A stretch of 64,000 bases of DNA from positions 35,960,001 through 36,024,000 of the forward strand of contig JBMRGM010000040.1 of NCBI GenBank assembly GCA_052327205.1, read 5' to 3'. Shown in pieces: positions 41,437 through 54,946 of the stretch. Made by a program: the position numbers and the translations under genes. How positions within the stretch are numbered: position 1 is the first letter of the stretch; every line of letters begins with the position of its first letter. Source of the stretch: Somniosus microcephalus. Its lineage: Eukaryota. The notes under the pieces were generated by a model. The model worked only from the letters and a program-made list of their open reading frames with translations. It ran no database searches and was not told the origin of the DNA.

Positions 41437-43044
41437 ATCTATCTTTTTCTCTATGTTTCACTTAGCAAGACGATTGCCCTGCACGAAACGTTAAACTTTA
41501 TTCTTTCTGTCCTGTTATGTATCTCTAACATTTTCTGGGTTTTACTGCAGATTTATAACACTTTATTTTTTTGTTACAGTGCTGCGTGACGCTGTCCATT
41601 TTTGTAACACAGGTTAAGAGTACATCTGTATATATTACACAATAAAGCAGGTCACTGGGATAGTTACGCATTGCACAGATCAGCTCTGACACTGGAAACC
41701 TCCTACAGTAATAAATGGGCAGGGTCAGTTACACAAGACTCGGTGCCTTCATTGTGCAGACTCCAGGAGTCACCTTTACAACTGTCAAAGTTAGTCCCAA
41801 AACGTTGTTTTCCCAGAAAACACATTAACTGACCCCTTAGCTTTATCTGCTTTTCTGCCAGTCTGCTCTCCCACTCACAAGGCTGATTACAATGCGAGCG
41901 TGAAATGTATGTTCTAGTGCTTTATGTGTGTTAATCTAATTTCTATCTCTGCCGGCCTTTTTTATTTGTAGCTGTCTGTCTTTCATTTTCTCGCTCTCCC
42001 TGTGCATATATGGTAATCACAGTCTTTTTTTGTCTTATTTCTTGAAGTATCTTTAATATCTGTTTTTCACTCTTCTATTTCCCTTTTTTGTTTTCTATCA
42101 CACTCTGTCTCACTCTGTATCTCTATCATGCTTCATGTCTTCTTAGAATCTTATATAATAGAATAATGCTATTGTGCCCATCATATCTTTAATCGAGCTC
42201 TCCAAGACATTCCACTCTCCTACTCGTTCCCCATAATCCTGCAATGTTCTCCCCTTCAAATGCTTATCCAATTATCTTTTGAAAGTTACAATTGAATCTT
42301 CTTCCACCATCATTCATGCAGTGCATTCCAGGAAACCCCCCCCCCCCCAATGACACCTCGCTGTGTAAAACAATTCTTCTCGTCTCTCCGCTGGTTCTTT
42401 TGCCAATTACTGCAATTGCCTCCCCTCTGTCTCAGCCTTCTTTGTCTCCTCTTTCCATTTCACTTGCTCTCACCCTGGCTGTTTCTCTCATCTCTGCCTG
42501 TCTCTCTTTTTTTACCTTTCCTCCCAGTCTACAACTCTTTCTATCTCTTTCCGTCTCCCTCTGACTATCTCCGACTCAATTGTTGCATCACTTCCTCTTT
42601 TCTACTTCGTTCAGTTTGTATTTTCATCTCAGTCTTTCTGTACCATCCCGATGGTCTTTCATTCCATTTCGCTGTTCTGTCATTATCTTTCGTTCTTTTA
42701 CTATTTTCTCTCACTTTCTATAGACCATCTCCTTTTCATCTACCCCTGATATTTTATATTTTCATTTCTCCCTCTCTATCTCATTATTTCCTTCTCTTCC
42801 GTATCTTTCTTTCTGTGTTCCATCTTTCCATTCAGCTTTATCTCTATCTCGTTCCTCTTTTTTTCTCAATTGATCTCTCTGATTGTGTGCCTTTGTCTGT
42901 GTGTTCTGTCTCTCCATTTCTCCCTTTGTGCATTGCTTGATCTCTCTCTCTACTGCAACTCATTTGCTCCATCTCTCGTTTCACTCCCTCTCTGGTCTGT
43001 CTGTCTTATGTAACTCATTTTCATCATTGCTTTGTACCACAGTG

Positions 43045-43495
43045 TATGCCTCTGAGTTAGAAGGTTGTAGGTGTAAGTTCCACTCCAGAGATTCAAGCTC
43101 CAAAGTCTAGGCTGACACTCCAGTGCTGTGCTGTGGTAGTGCTACACTGTCAGAGGTGCCATCTTTCCGATGCGATGTTAAACCGAGTCCCCATCTGCCC
43201 TCTCAAGTGCATGTAAAAGATCCCATGGCGCTCTTTCAAAGAAGAGCAGGGGAGTTCTCCCAGGTGTCCTGGGGCCAATATTTATCCATCAAGCAACAGT
43301 TTGCTCGTTTTATTTAAAACATATTATCTGGTCCTCATCACATTGCTGTTTGTGGGAGCTTGCTGTGTGCAAATTGGCTGCTGCATTTCCCAGATTTCAA
43401 CACTGAGAACACTTCAAAAAAACGTACGTCATTGGCTGTAAGGCGCTTTGGGGCGTCCGGTGGTCGTGATATGCGTTATATTAATCCAAGTATAT
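43045..43495 (+). mobile_element. Deu-domain SINE (SacSINE1/AmnSINE1-like)
   Basis: gatgttaaaccgag...gtaaaagatcccatggc...gaagagcaggggagttctcc...cattgctgtttgtggga core. Confidence 0.85.
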
Positions 43496-44094
43496 ATTTC
43501 TTTCTTACACACTCTGTGTCCTTTCTGTACATTTATCGTATGTGCTTTTCTTTTTCTCTTCAGTCTCTCTTTTTACCTCTTTCCTTCTCTGTCTCTCTGC
43601 CCTATCTAAAAGTCTCTGTTTGTCCCCTCATGTTCTTCAGCTGTATTTAACGTGATTATACAATCAATTGTAATTTTTGGCTCGTAGACTACATAACTGC
43701 ATTACGAATAATTGCACATCACTCGAACATTAGCATTGATACCAAAAAGGAAAATTAAATCTATAATGCAAAATTCGTAAATCAAGATAAAGACACTATT
43801 TGTATCTGTTCAGACACATAGCATGAAACTATATTCATTTCAACATTTTCCTACAGAACCATCGCCACACTTCAGAAGTAATTCATTGTGTAAAGTGTTT
43901 TGAGACACCTAAATATAATAGCCACTTTAAAAAATTCATTTTTAATTAATTAACTTGTTCAGTTGTAGACGAGAATGTAGCCGCAAAATTTTAGTCTCAC
44001 TTTGTCTCATTTGCTGTCTGTAGATCTCCTGCATTGTTTATTTCTGTGTCTCTAGTTTGCTTTGATTGCCTTATTCTGCCTATAATAACATAAC

Positions 44095-45630
44095 AATTAA
44101 GAACGAGCAGCAGGAGTAGGCCATAGGACCCCTTGGGCAGTCACCATCATTTAGTAGGTTCATTGCTGAACTGCTAGACAAAAGCCACTTTCCCAACCTA
44201 TTCATGCATCCCCTGATTCCCTTTATATCCAAAAATCTATCGATCTCAGTTTTGAATATACTCAATTAGTGAGCATCCAAAGTCCTCTGGTGGAGAGACT
44301 TCCAAAGATTCACAACATTCTGAGTGAAGAAATTTCCACTCATCTCATTCCTAAATGTCCAATCCCTTATCCTGAGTCCATGACCCCTAGTTCTATACTC
44401 TCCAGTAGGGGAACAGCCCCTCAGCATCTCCCCTGTCAAGCCCTCGAAGAAGTTCATACGTTTCAATAAGATCACCTCTCATTCTTCTAAACCTCCAGAT
44501 AATATAATCACACTCTACTCAATATCTTCTCATAGAACAGACCTCTTATACCAGGAATCAATCTACTGAACCTCTGTTGCACCCTCTCTAATGCAAGTAT
44601 ATCCTTCCTTAATTAAGTGGATTAAACTGTACACAGTACTCCAGGTGTGGTCTCACCGATGCCCTATTTAATTGTAGCAAGACCTCCTTATTTTATAAAG
44701 CAAGCCCCTTAAAATAATGCTGAACATTTAATTTGCCTTCCTAACAGCTCGCTGTACCTGAATATTAACTTGCTGTTAATCGTGAAACAGGACACACAAA
44801 TCCCTCTGTATCCGACATTTACAAGTCTGTTGATTTATGTAATGTCTTCTGCTTTTCCATTCTTCCAACCAAAGTGGATAATTTCACACTTCCTTGCGTG
44901 CTCCACTAGTTCCACCCTGACAACATGAAAGTGACCCGTTTATTCCTACTCTCTTTTCTGTCCGTTGACAAATCTGCAATTCGTGCTAATATGGTACCCT
45001 CAATCCCATGAGCCCGATTATTGTTTAACAACTTATTGTGTGGCATCTTATGGAATGGGTTCTGAAAATCCAATTGTACATCCATTGGTTCCGCCTTATT
45101 TAGCCTGCTAGTTGCACCTGGAAAAAACGCTAATAGGTTTGTCAAACACCATTTCCCTTTCATAAAGCCGTGTTGTCTCTAACGAATCACATTGTGATTG
45201 TCCAGGTGCCCTGTTACATCTTCCTTAATAGTAGATTTTTTCCCTTCCCAACTACAGACGGCAGTTCCCCGTTTTCTGCCCAATCCCCCTCCTTTATTTT
45301 ACATTGTGTTTACCTTTGTTGCAGTCCAATCCATGGGGATTTTTCTGGAACCTAGGGACTTCTGGAAGATCAAAACCAATACTACATCTACAGATACCTC
45401 TTTCACAACCCTATTATGTTGGCCATCAGGTCCAGCAGATTTGTCGGCTTTAAGTCCCATTCATTTCTCTGGCATTTTCTCTTTACTAATATTAATCACT
45501 TTACGTTCCTCACGCTCTATAGGTCCTTGGTTCCCGAAAATTTCAGGTCTGTTCTTTGTGTCTTCCAATGTGAAGGCAGAAACAGAATATTTGTTTAACG
45601 TATCTCTTTTAATCTCGCTATTTGTCTGTA
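44095..45630 (-). mobile_element. CR1 LINE fragments
   Basis: caggagtaggccat tail; CLTNLLAFF and NFFTQNVVNLWKSL motifs. Confidence 0.85.
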
Positions 45631-46189
45631 TTATTCCTGTTTAACTTACCCTCTGCCTCTCGCAGTTTCTTTCTCAATTTGTCTAACAACTTCACACAAC
45701 TTTCCCTTTTCACAATCTCCTCTCTTTCCCTTAATCTGTGTTATACGTTCTATGTTTTCTTATGCATGTGCATGTGCCTTTCCTGTTTCTGCTTTTCTTC
45801 TGTGTATTTTATCTCCTTATATTTGTCTCTTTCTATTTTTCGCCACCTCAACTTTTACCGGTTTCTCTCTCTGCCTTCTCAGTGTGTCTACACGTCTAAT
45901 TTCTCCCACTCTCCCTCTTTCTCTCTATTCCATTTTCGCTCCTTTTTGTATCCATTTCAACATCTCCATCTCGTAATCTTTGCTTATTTGCTGTTTTTGC
46001 TTTCTTTAGCTTGTTATATCGCAAATCTATGCTCGGCAATCACTTTCAATCTCTGTTTCTCTACGTTTCCATTCTGTCTCTCTCTCAGGTTCCCAGTTCT
46101 GACCTCTGCTTTTCTCTCTTTTTAGGGCTCACGCTATCTCACATTTTCACTTTTCACCTGTCTCTTTATGTATGTTTATCTGTCTATTT

Positions 46190-46215
46190 GTCCGTCTATC
46201 TATCTATCTATCTAC

Positions 46216-46270
<55 letters not shown>
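46190..46270 (+). repeat. (TCTA)n microsatellite
   Basis: About 20 copies immediately downstream of the GPCR stop codon. Confidence 0.95.
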
Positions 46271-46271
46271 A

Positions 46272-47176
46272 CTATGGTTTAATTAATTTAACAATTCGCT
46301 TGAATGGGTATTTCACCGCGATCTTCAGCTCCTCTCTGAATTTATTCTGGGTCAGGACATAAATACAAGTGTTGGTGCAGGAACTGAGAAGCTGAAGCAT
46401 TGTTGCTGTCAGTTCTGTGATATAACGAGGGTCGGTGAAGGAGTAATAAAACCGAATATCTGAAATTCGCCGGTAAATGTTAAACAAAACCTGGGTCACC
46501 CACAACATTATAAAGCTGCCGGTTATGCTGAAGAGTAAAACAATGGATTTCTTTCGGTTTTCCATCTCTGGGTCCTTGTGATTCTCTCCATTGCTGCGGC
46601 CCCGGAGTCCCCTGCGGACTCTACTGGCCGCTAAAATACGTCTGACCGTCAGAGCATTGAGCAGCAAAATCAGGAAGAACGGTGCACAAGGGGTTAAAAT
46701 GAGGTGCAACAACTCAAATGCTCCCCATGCAACGGAAGTGTAGAAGCTCGGTTGAATGGAACATTCCCAGGGAACATTATGAAATATATAGGCAGGTTCA
46801 TATCTGAAGTACCAGGGGACAGACACTAAAAAGCCGAGCATGCTCACTGTCCCGATAACCACGACCGCAGTTTTCTCGGTGCAATATTTAGTTTTCAGCT
46901 TCTCACAACAAATGGCCACAAACCGATCAAAGGTGAAAGCGACTGTGAGCCAGACAGAAACCACCGTGGTTGCAAAACCCAAGAAGCCAACGAGACTGCA
47001 CACAGGAGTAATGTTCAAGAATGAAAATGGGAAATAGATCAGAACAATCCACTTCAATACGGGATCAGTGATAACGACCAGGAGATCTGCCGCTGCCATT
47101 CCCACCAGGTAGTGAGTGATACATTTGGAGAGACCGCACTTTCCTCGGGACAGGATCACAATCGCCACCACGTTAA
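46272..47176 (-). CDS. GPR139-like class A GPCR, exon 2
   Basis: Acceptor ctctcttacag at 47177-78; NVVAIVILSRGKCGLS, AADLLV, FTFDRFVAIC, LLSSCTNTCIY; remaining TM helices intact, TAG stop. Confidence 0.92.
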
Positions 47177-47399
47177 CTGTAAGAGAGAGAAAAAGAAGCA
47201 GATAAATTACTGATCAGGCCTGGAGCCCAAGCAGCAGTTTGACAGGATCTGGGCTGAAATTTCCAGAATTGTTGCTGCATCGAACAGTGGAAACTCATTC
47301 ATGGACCTGGGCAGCACTTTCCAGCAAGTAATATTTTTTAAAACACAATTATCGAGAATGAATTGTGAAATCCACACAGAAAGTGAATAAGCACCGGAT

Positions 47400-47850
47400 A
47401 CACTGGAAGGGCTGACTGAGGGCACATTGCCGGTGGGGAAGAGAAAAGGGGTTTTACAGAGTCGGAATCCAAAGTGTTAAATCTGGATTTGATCTCCAGA
47501 CCGAGGGAAAGTGATTCAAGCGGGAAGGTTTGGGGACAGGTGGAGGTGCAGCTGGTTCGTTGCTCTGGGTTCAGAGAGCCGACAGGGGCTGGCATTAAAC
47601 GGGAACGGCCGAGAGCCGCTGTGGTGTGTTTGAGGATTTGGATCAGATTGAAAGAGGCAGCTGCAGGCCGAGCCAGTGAGTGAGATTGAAGCGGAGAAAA
47701 GGAAAAGGACATGTGGGAGCTGCAGGGGAGTCAGGAGCACAGGTTTTGGGAAATCCTACAACCTGAAGCAACGGAGGAGGAGCTAGAGGATTCAATGCAG
47801 TCGGAGGAGAGGATGGCATTCACAGGGAGAGACGGTAGCAGAGTTAGTGG
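47400..47850 (-). mobile_element. L2-like fragment in GPCR intron
   Basis: Purine-rich degraded L2-type sequence. Confidence 0.45.
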
Positions 47851-48309
47851 AAATCTAATTCATACATTTCAGTAACACAACTCAATTAATGCATTCAATC
47901 AGTAATGTCTGTGGTTACCGGTGTCGGTGAACGGTTCGTTGGTGTAAATTGTCATCAATATTTTTACTCAGCACATCAGTTGCATCAAATTCAAATGAGT
48001 TCAACCTCATTTTTTATTGAATTCAACTGATGTACAGCATTTACAATCCACGATTTAATAACTCATTATGATCAATAAATCATGGATCCTATTATTTAAA
48101 TCAATAGAATTACGTGCAATAATAATTCATAACGTAAGGAAAAATAATATTTACCAAAACAGACTGAAGTGCTGACGGACAAACACACAACAATATAATC
48201 TCTCCCAATTTGACCACAACCTAATAACACATCTCTTACTTATAATTATACTTGAAGTTTCAGTAGCTCTCTCTCAATCACTTTCACTCTAACATTTGCT
48301 TCTCTCTTG

Positions 48310-49360
48310 CCTTCTCACTCTCTTTTTCTCTATACCTCCTCTATATATCCACACTGTCTGTGTTCTCTTTGTCAAAGCTCTCTCTCCCTCTCTCTTTCTC
48401 AGTTACTCCTTTATATTTCTGCACTGTCTGTGCCCTCTTTGTCAAAGCCCTCTGTCCCTCTCTCATTCTCTATCCCTCCTCTATATTTCCACACTGTCTG
48501 TGCTCTCTTTGTCAAAGCTCTCTCTCCCTCTTTCTTTCTCTATCCCGACTCTATATTTCTGCACTGTCTGTGCTCTCTTTGTCAAAGCTCTCTCTCCCTC
48601 TCTCTTTCTCAGTTACTCCTCTATATTTCTGCACTGTCTGTGCCCTCTTTGTCAAAGCTCTCTCTCCCTCTCTCTTTCTCAGTTCCTCCTCTATATTTCT
48701 TCAATATCTATACCCTCTTTTTCAAAGCTCTACCTCGCTCTCTCTATCTCTATTCCTCCTCTATATTTCTGCACTTTCTGTGCCCTCCTTGTCAAAGCTC
48801 TCTCTCCCTCTCTCTTTGTCCATTCCTCCTCTATATTTCTGCGCTGTCTGTGTTCTCTTTGTTAAAGCTCTCTCTCCCTCTCTCTTTCTCTATCCCTCCT
48901 CTATATTTCTGCGCTGTCTGTGTTCTCTTTGTTAAAGCTCTCTCTCCCTCTCTCTTTCTCTATCCCTCCTCTATATTTCTGCACTGTCTGTGCTCCCTTT
49001 GTCACAGCTCTCTCTCCCTCTCTCTTTCTCTATCCCTCCTCTAGATTTCTGCACTGTCAGTGCACTCTTTGTCACAGCTCTCTCTCCCTCTCTCTTTCTC
49101 TACCCCTCCTCTATAATTCCACACTGTCTGTGCTCTCTTTGTCAAAGCTCTCTCTCCCTCTTTCTTTCTCTATCCCTTCTCTATATTTCCACAATGTCTG
49201 TGCTCTCTTTCTCAAAGCTCTCTCTCCCTCTCGCTTTCTCTATCCATCCTCTATATTTCCACACTGTCATTGCTCGCTTTGTCAAAGCACTCTCTACTTC
49301 TCTCTTTCTATATCCCTCCTCTATATTTCCACACTGTCTGTAATCTCTCTGTCAAAGCTC
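48310..49360 (+). repeat. 70-bp pyrimidine-rich minisatellite, ~15 copies, in GPCR intron
   Basis: Unit tatccctcctctatatttctgcactgtctgtgctctctttgtcaaagctctctctccctctctctttctc at exact 70-nt period. Confidence 0.95.
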
Positions 49361-50346
49361 ATGTTCATATCCGATTCAATCCTAAAATCCTACGCCCAAA
49401 TTCTGCTCACCAGCTCCTTGCTCAGTGATCGTATTATCAGCGTAAGTTTGTCCAATGGTGAACCGTTTAATGTTTATTCAGGGCACTCATTTCGCCACCT
49501 GTTCCTCTGCACAGTTAACTTCATCTGCAATGCAAGGAAGAGACAGACTCGAATGCCTCTTCCAGACAGAGCTGACAAAACTTGAAGTCCCTTCTCCGGT
49601 AATTATAAAATACAGCGTTAGATGGCGGGAATGTACAATTAACTCAACTCCAACCTCACCGCTGCTATCTATAAGCTCCGGATCAATAGAAGGGCTATTG
49701 ATTCCAACAGATACAGTGCAAACTTATAAAACATAACCTCAAAACATTTCATTTTACAATGAGGTCCAGTGACAGTCAGTGAATCCATCGCCACTGAAGG
49801 AGAGAAGGAGATGTTAAAGAGACAGCAGCAATCTTAGTTCAGTCGACAGACCTCTGGAGCGCCGTCACATACACACACAGTGAAATAATATTTCATAACA
49901 GTGATAACCAATGCACACATTGAAATCACAGTCAAACTGAACCATGTTATCGGGGAGGGAATACATTGCACTCCCTCATTGTAACACTGACACCGTGAAC
50001 TTTCTCATTATTAATCACTGAAAAAACATTTGCGGTAAAAATATTCCAGAACAGGGTAGTTCCACAAGATGAAACTGATAACAGCTAATACATACTCTTA
50101 GCCCAGGCAGCTGATTCAGTACAGATAATAATCCCAGAGCAATGCCAGGGCTGGATGTACAAAGATCATTACAGATATACTGCAGCTGCGACAAGACAGA
50201 AAGAGCAGAGATTGAGGACATTTCATTCTTCCACTGGTTGAAATGAACAGGCAGCTGTGTAAAACATGGAGAGAGTGAAACATTACCCAGTGCAGCAGCA
50301 CAGTTAACACCGATTTACACCATTAGTAGCAAAGATACAGGCTTAC

Positions 50347-50416
50347 CAGGAACTCCAACGGCTGCAAGGACAGTATAGTAAATGTCTTCTATCTGATAGA
50401 TTACTGGATATCCCAT
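50347..50416 (-). CDS. GPR139-like GPCR, exon 1
   Basis: MGYPVIYQIEDIYYTVLAAVGVP plus G|gtaagc; phase 1 joins exon 2 in frame (GVPVN), giving 324 aa. Confidence 0.88.
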
Positions 50417-50500
50417 TTCCGTGAGAAGCGGTGACTGCTGTTGGAGTGGAACCCACAGCTCCGGCAGACACACCGAGCTGATCCGTTCCAATGGGCCCTG

Positions 50501-50507
50501 ATTTATA
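50501..50507 (-). promoter_or_regulatory. Candidate TATA box of GPCR gene
   Basis: TATAAAT 85 nt upstream of the ATG. Confidence 0.45.
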
Positions 50508-51099
50508 CAGGGGATAAGTCTCCAATGACACAGTTATATCCCTGATCATTGCTATTATTTACAGTCACTTGAACAAACACATTACATCATTGACACTGAT
50601 CCAATTAATGTGGTGGATAAAACACAAACATCTCAATGACCACAAGTTAATCACACCTCTCTGGGGAATAAGGCAGAAAGCTCTCACCTACAGGGCGGAT
50701 CCAACAATAATGAGCGCCTTCATTTACAGTTTCCTGTAGTTGTATTGGCCACGTTCACTGCTATCGATCGATTATAATTGTTAATGATTTCTCCGCAGTG
50801 TACGCTGAACCCAGGGACTCGAGCAGACACGCTGCACTCTGTTCCTGGAGTTTCCCAGTTAAAATGTGAAGTTTCAGTCTCTGACTCAGGGACAGTTAAA
50901 GTCCATGTTCAGGATTTGAAACTAGAAATTACCGTGGATTATATTAGGATTCAGTAACTGAACGTGCCCCATTGACATTCCTCTCTCAGCTATTTTACAG
51001 CAGAAATTTACCTGTTTATTCTACATAGGTTAACGGCTCCAGTAAATTTAGAACAGTGCCAACAGCTGACTCCATTCTTCCTGTTCACTCCTGGCCGGA

Positions 51100-52230
51100 A
51101 CCAAACCTCCACCTTCCATGAACTTCAACCGAACCCAAACTCTGCTGTCAACCTCCAGCCCTGCTCAAATCCCGCTTTCCCATCACTCTCGCCCTCACTG
51201 AGACTCATTGTCCCTCAGTCTGCCAACGACTTAAATGTAAATTCTCATCCTTGATTTAAATCCCTCCATGACCTCACCCCTCGCCATCTCCAACCTCGCC
51301 TCCGAACCAGCAGCAAACCCACCCGTGATCTCTCCATACCTCTGACACTGGCCTCTTTCGGTGGGGCTGCCCTCACTTGTTTCCAGTCTTACAGATCTGA
51401 TCGTAGCCAGCGCATCTCCAGCAATGGATTCTCTTCCCATAGCAGCACATTTATCTCTGGAGTCTCTGAACTTTCGGTTCTTGCCTCTCCTCTTCTTCAT
51501 CTACATGCTGACCTTTGTGACATCATCTACAGACATGTGGTCTGTTTCCACATGTCTGCTGACAACATCCAACTCCGGCTCGCCGCCATCTCTTTCGACT
51601 CTCCACACCCTCTGTGTTATCAAACTGCAACAACCTGATTCCATGAGATGCTATTTACTCCAGTAAAATATTGGGAATAGCGTGGCCTTCATATTTGGCC
51701 CCAACGCAAACTCCATACCCTTGTCGCTGATTCCATCCTCATCCCTCGCTGTTGTCTCAGGCTGAGTATGAGGATTTTTAACCTCAGATCCCTATTCATC
51801 TCTCACCTGACAATCCGACCGAATATCATCTCCATCACAAGAGGCGTGTACTTCTGTCAGCATAACATGGCCGTCCTCTGCCCTGCCTCAGCTGAGACTG
51901 AAACCCTCAATCTTACATTTATCAACTGTAGAAACTCCGTCTCTCCTCTGCTCCGTTGCCTCTTATTTTCTCTGACCTTGGCCTCCCTTCTGATGTGACT
52001 CCCCTTGATATTTCCACGTTTACCTATCTGATCGGAGCAAGAGAATCTCCAGCAATGCTTTCTCTCCACAGCCACCACCCCACAGCTCCGTTCCCTTTGT
52101 TGCCTCTAAAGTATCGATCATCGGCCGCTCTTTGTCCTCATCTACATGCTCCATTTAGAGATTTCATCCATGGATATGCGATCAGCTTTTAAATGTACGC
52201 TGACGACAATCGTTTTAACTCCATCTCCTA
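51100..52230 (+). mobile_element. L2 LINE fragments
   Basis: Degraded LGPLLFxxYM and YADD-like RT remnants; L2-type 3' region. Confidence 0.6.
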
Positions 52231-52649
52231 GTACTGCAAAATCATGGAGTCATAGAATAGTTCATCCATTCGCCCCATCGAGGCTCTTTCGAAGAGCAAT
52301 CCAGTTAGTCCCACTCTCCTGATGTTTTTCCACATCCCCACACTTGTTCCTCCATCAAGTGTTTTCCAATGCCCATCTGAAGCCGACTATTGAATCTGTA
52401 TCCACCACACTATCAGGCAGTGCATTGCAAATCCTAACCACTCGTTGGATAAAACTGATTTTCCTCATGTCGACTCTGGTTCTTTCCCCAACCATCTTAA
52501 ATATGTGTTCTAAGGCTTTCGACCCTTCAGCCAGTGGAAACAGTTTACCTTAATTTACTCTATCTGAAACCGCTCTAGATATAAAAAAAACTCTATGAAA
52601 TCTCCTCCACCCTTCTCTGCTCTAAGGAGAACAACCCCAGCTTGGCCAG

Positions 52650-53225
52650 ACCAGGTCAGAAGCAGGGTAACCTGGGGACTCCCCAAAACATTGGCACCTT
52701 CTATGAGGCCCAGGTTAGGAGTGTGATGGAATAACTTCCACTTACGTGGATGAGTGCAGATAGAACAACATTGTAAAAGCTGTATAACATCCAGGATGAT
52801 GCAGCTCGCCTTATTGGCACCTCAACTACCACATTAAACATTCACTCCCTCCACCATCGGCGTACCGTGGCTGCAGTGTGGACCATCTACTAGTTGCACT
52901 GCAGCAACTCGCCGAGGCTTCTTCGGTAGCAGCTCCCAAACCCGAAACCTCTACCACCTAGAAGCACAGTGGAGCGGGAGCATGGGAATACCATCGCCTG
53001 CAAGCTCCCCTATAAGTTACGCACCATCCTGACTTGGAAGTATATCGCTGATCCTTCATCGTCGCTGGGTAAAATTCCTGGAACTTCCTCCCTAACAGCA
53101 CTGTGGGTGTGAATTCACCACAGGGACTGCAGCGGTTCAAGAAGCTGGCTCTTCACCAACTTCTCAAGGGCAACTAGGGACGGAAATAAATGCCATCGAT
53201 GCCCACTTCCAATGAACGATTAAAA
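52650..53225 (+). mobile_element. CR1-group LINE 3' end nested in a minus-strand CR1 (52240-53560)
   Basis: AQVRSVME, HSLHHRRTVAAV and KSWNFLP motifs; aataaatg tail. Confidence 0.75.
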
Positions 53226-53879
53226 CGTACATTATCCAATCTATCCACGTAACTGCAACTCCTCATCTCTGGATCCTATATAGTAAATACCTCCGGTACC
53301 CTCTGCAATGCTTCACGTCCTTCCTAAGTTGCAGTGCCGAGAATTGGGCAAAACACTCCACCTGCCCCCATTTATATAGGTTTAACATACCGTTCTGGTG
53401 TTTGTAATCTACGCCTATGTTTATAAAGCCCAGGACTGCTTAGGCTTTATCAGCTGCTTGGTTACACGGTCCTGTCACCTTCAAAGATTTGTGCCCAAAC
53501 TCCCACCGAACTTTCTCTTCTTGTACCCCCGTTAAAATTCTATCATTCTCGATCCCCCTCCCCACCGCACATCCTACCACCTCCACTCTGTCACCATGTC
53601 GTCTGACTACTGGGCCAACATTCCTTTTTGGATGCATCACAAATTTTTCGATGCACACATTGACAAGACTGAAGCCTGCATCTTTAGTCCCAGGCACCTG
53701 CTTTATATCATAACCATAAGTTCCACCTTAGCTGTTAGCTCAGAATGACACTTGTTGAACATTATTTATGCTTCAGTCCTATTTGTCATTCCATAGCAAT
53801 GATGCCCTACGTAAACCTCCATTGCATCCTCATACAATCCGATATCAAAATGCTCATCAATGCCTGATGAATAAACTGA

Positions 53880-54112
53880 CACCGACCGGTACAACATGCA
53901 GCTCTGCAGTGTAAGGGCGCAGACCGTTACAACACACAGCCCTGCAGTGCAAAAACACAGACCTGTACAACACACAGACCTGCAGTGTAAGGACTCAGAC
54001 CTGTACAACATCCAGCCCTGCAGTGTAAGGACATAGACCTGTACAACACACAGCCCTGCAGTGTAAGGACACAGACCTGTACAACATTCAGCCCTGCACT
54101 GAAAGATCACAG
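53880..54112 (+). repeat. 38-bp tandem repeat, ~6 copies
   Basis: Unit agacctgtacaacacacagccctgcagtgtaaggacac. Confidence 0.9.
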
Positions 54113-54129
54113 AGCTTTAAAAAAGAAGT

Positions 54130-54935
54130 AGCCTTATGAAAAATGCCAGAAAAAAGATTACGTTAATAACCAGGAACATTATGTAAAGTACAGGAGGGAA
54201 TTGAAAAAGTTAATACGGGTGGCAAAGACATGCTACAATAAAATTGTGTCAAAAGGTGCGTCAGCGGGAGGCTCCGAATGTAAAACAACAAAGAGTGACG
54301 TTTTAGAGGAGCAGACAGGTGATTGGTTAGTGAGTGTTGCAGCTCTGTTTTGCTCTCTATGTTAGCGAAGGGGGGAAATTAAGAGCTGATAAACAATAAC
54401 TTGCTAGTATTATTAAATTACTAAATTAAACTAAATAAAATGATACAACAATTAACCAGAAAAATATCGATTGAATAAAATCATTAACTAATAATTAATA
54501 AATAAAACAAGTTTTGTGATGGTAGGACAGGTGGTGTGTCGTAACTGCAGCGACTGGATTCTGTGGAGAGCATCACGATCCCGAGCCACCACATCTGCAG
54601 TAAGTCTCTGCAACTCGAGGAACTTGGGCTCAGAATTGTTGAGCCGGAATACGAGCTTAAGACATTGCCATGCAGAATGGATGGGGAGAATGATCTGGTC
54701 ACTTAATTCCAGGAGGCAGTCACAGCCTTCAGATTAAGTAGCACTTTAGATTTCATCAGTTGTCAGGGACAGGAAGTAGTGACTGCGATTCAGGAAGGTT
54801 TGGGGAACCAGGATGTAGTGATGGATGAGCCTCTGCCTGGACCTTTTCCAACAGGGACAAGGTAATTTCTACCTGTATGGATGAGAAAAAAGAATGCAGG
54901 GAGGATGGGCAAACTGACCACGGCACTGTGGTTCC
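54130..54935 (+). mobile_element. CR1 fragments including 5'/ORF1 region (ERV insertion target)
   Basis: CRNC..HICSKS..LEEL ORF1-like remnant. Confidence 0.6.
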
Positions 54936-54946
54936 TTAGGATAGGG

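Noticed and set aside
48296-49585. Long hydrophobic ORFs (also 42292-43110 and 45622-46362)
   Set aside because: Translations of CT-rich minisatellite or low-complexity DNA.
50683-50723. Possible extra upstream GPCR exon (donor gtgaga)
   Set aside because: Its ORF ends in TAG before the donor; at most a UTR exon, and unsupported.
53880-54112. CRISPR-like periodicity (also 55505-55695)
   Set aside because: Head-to-tail units with no unique spacers, no cas genes, eukaryotic context.
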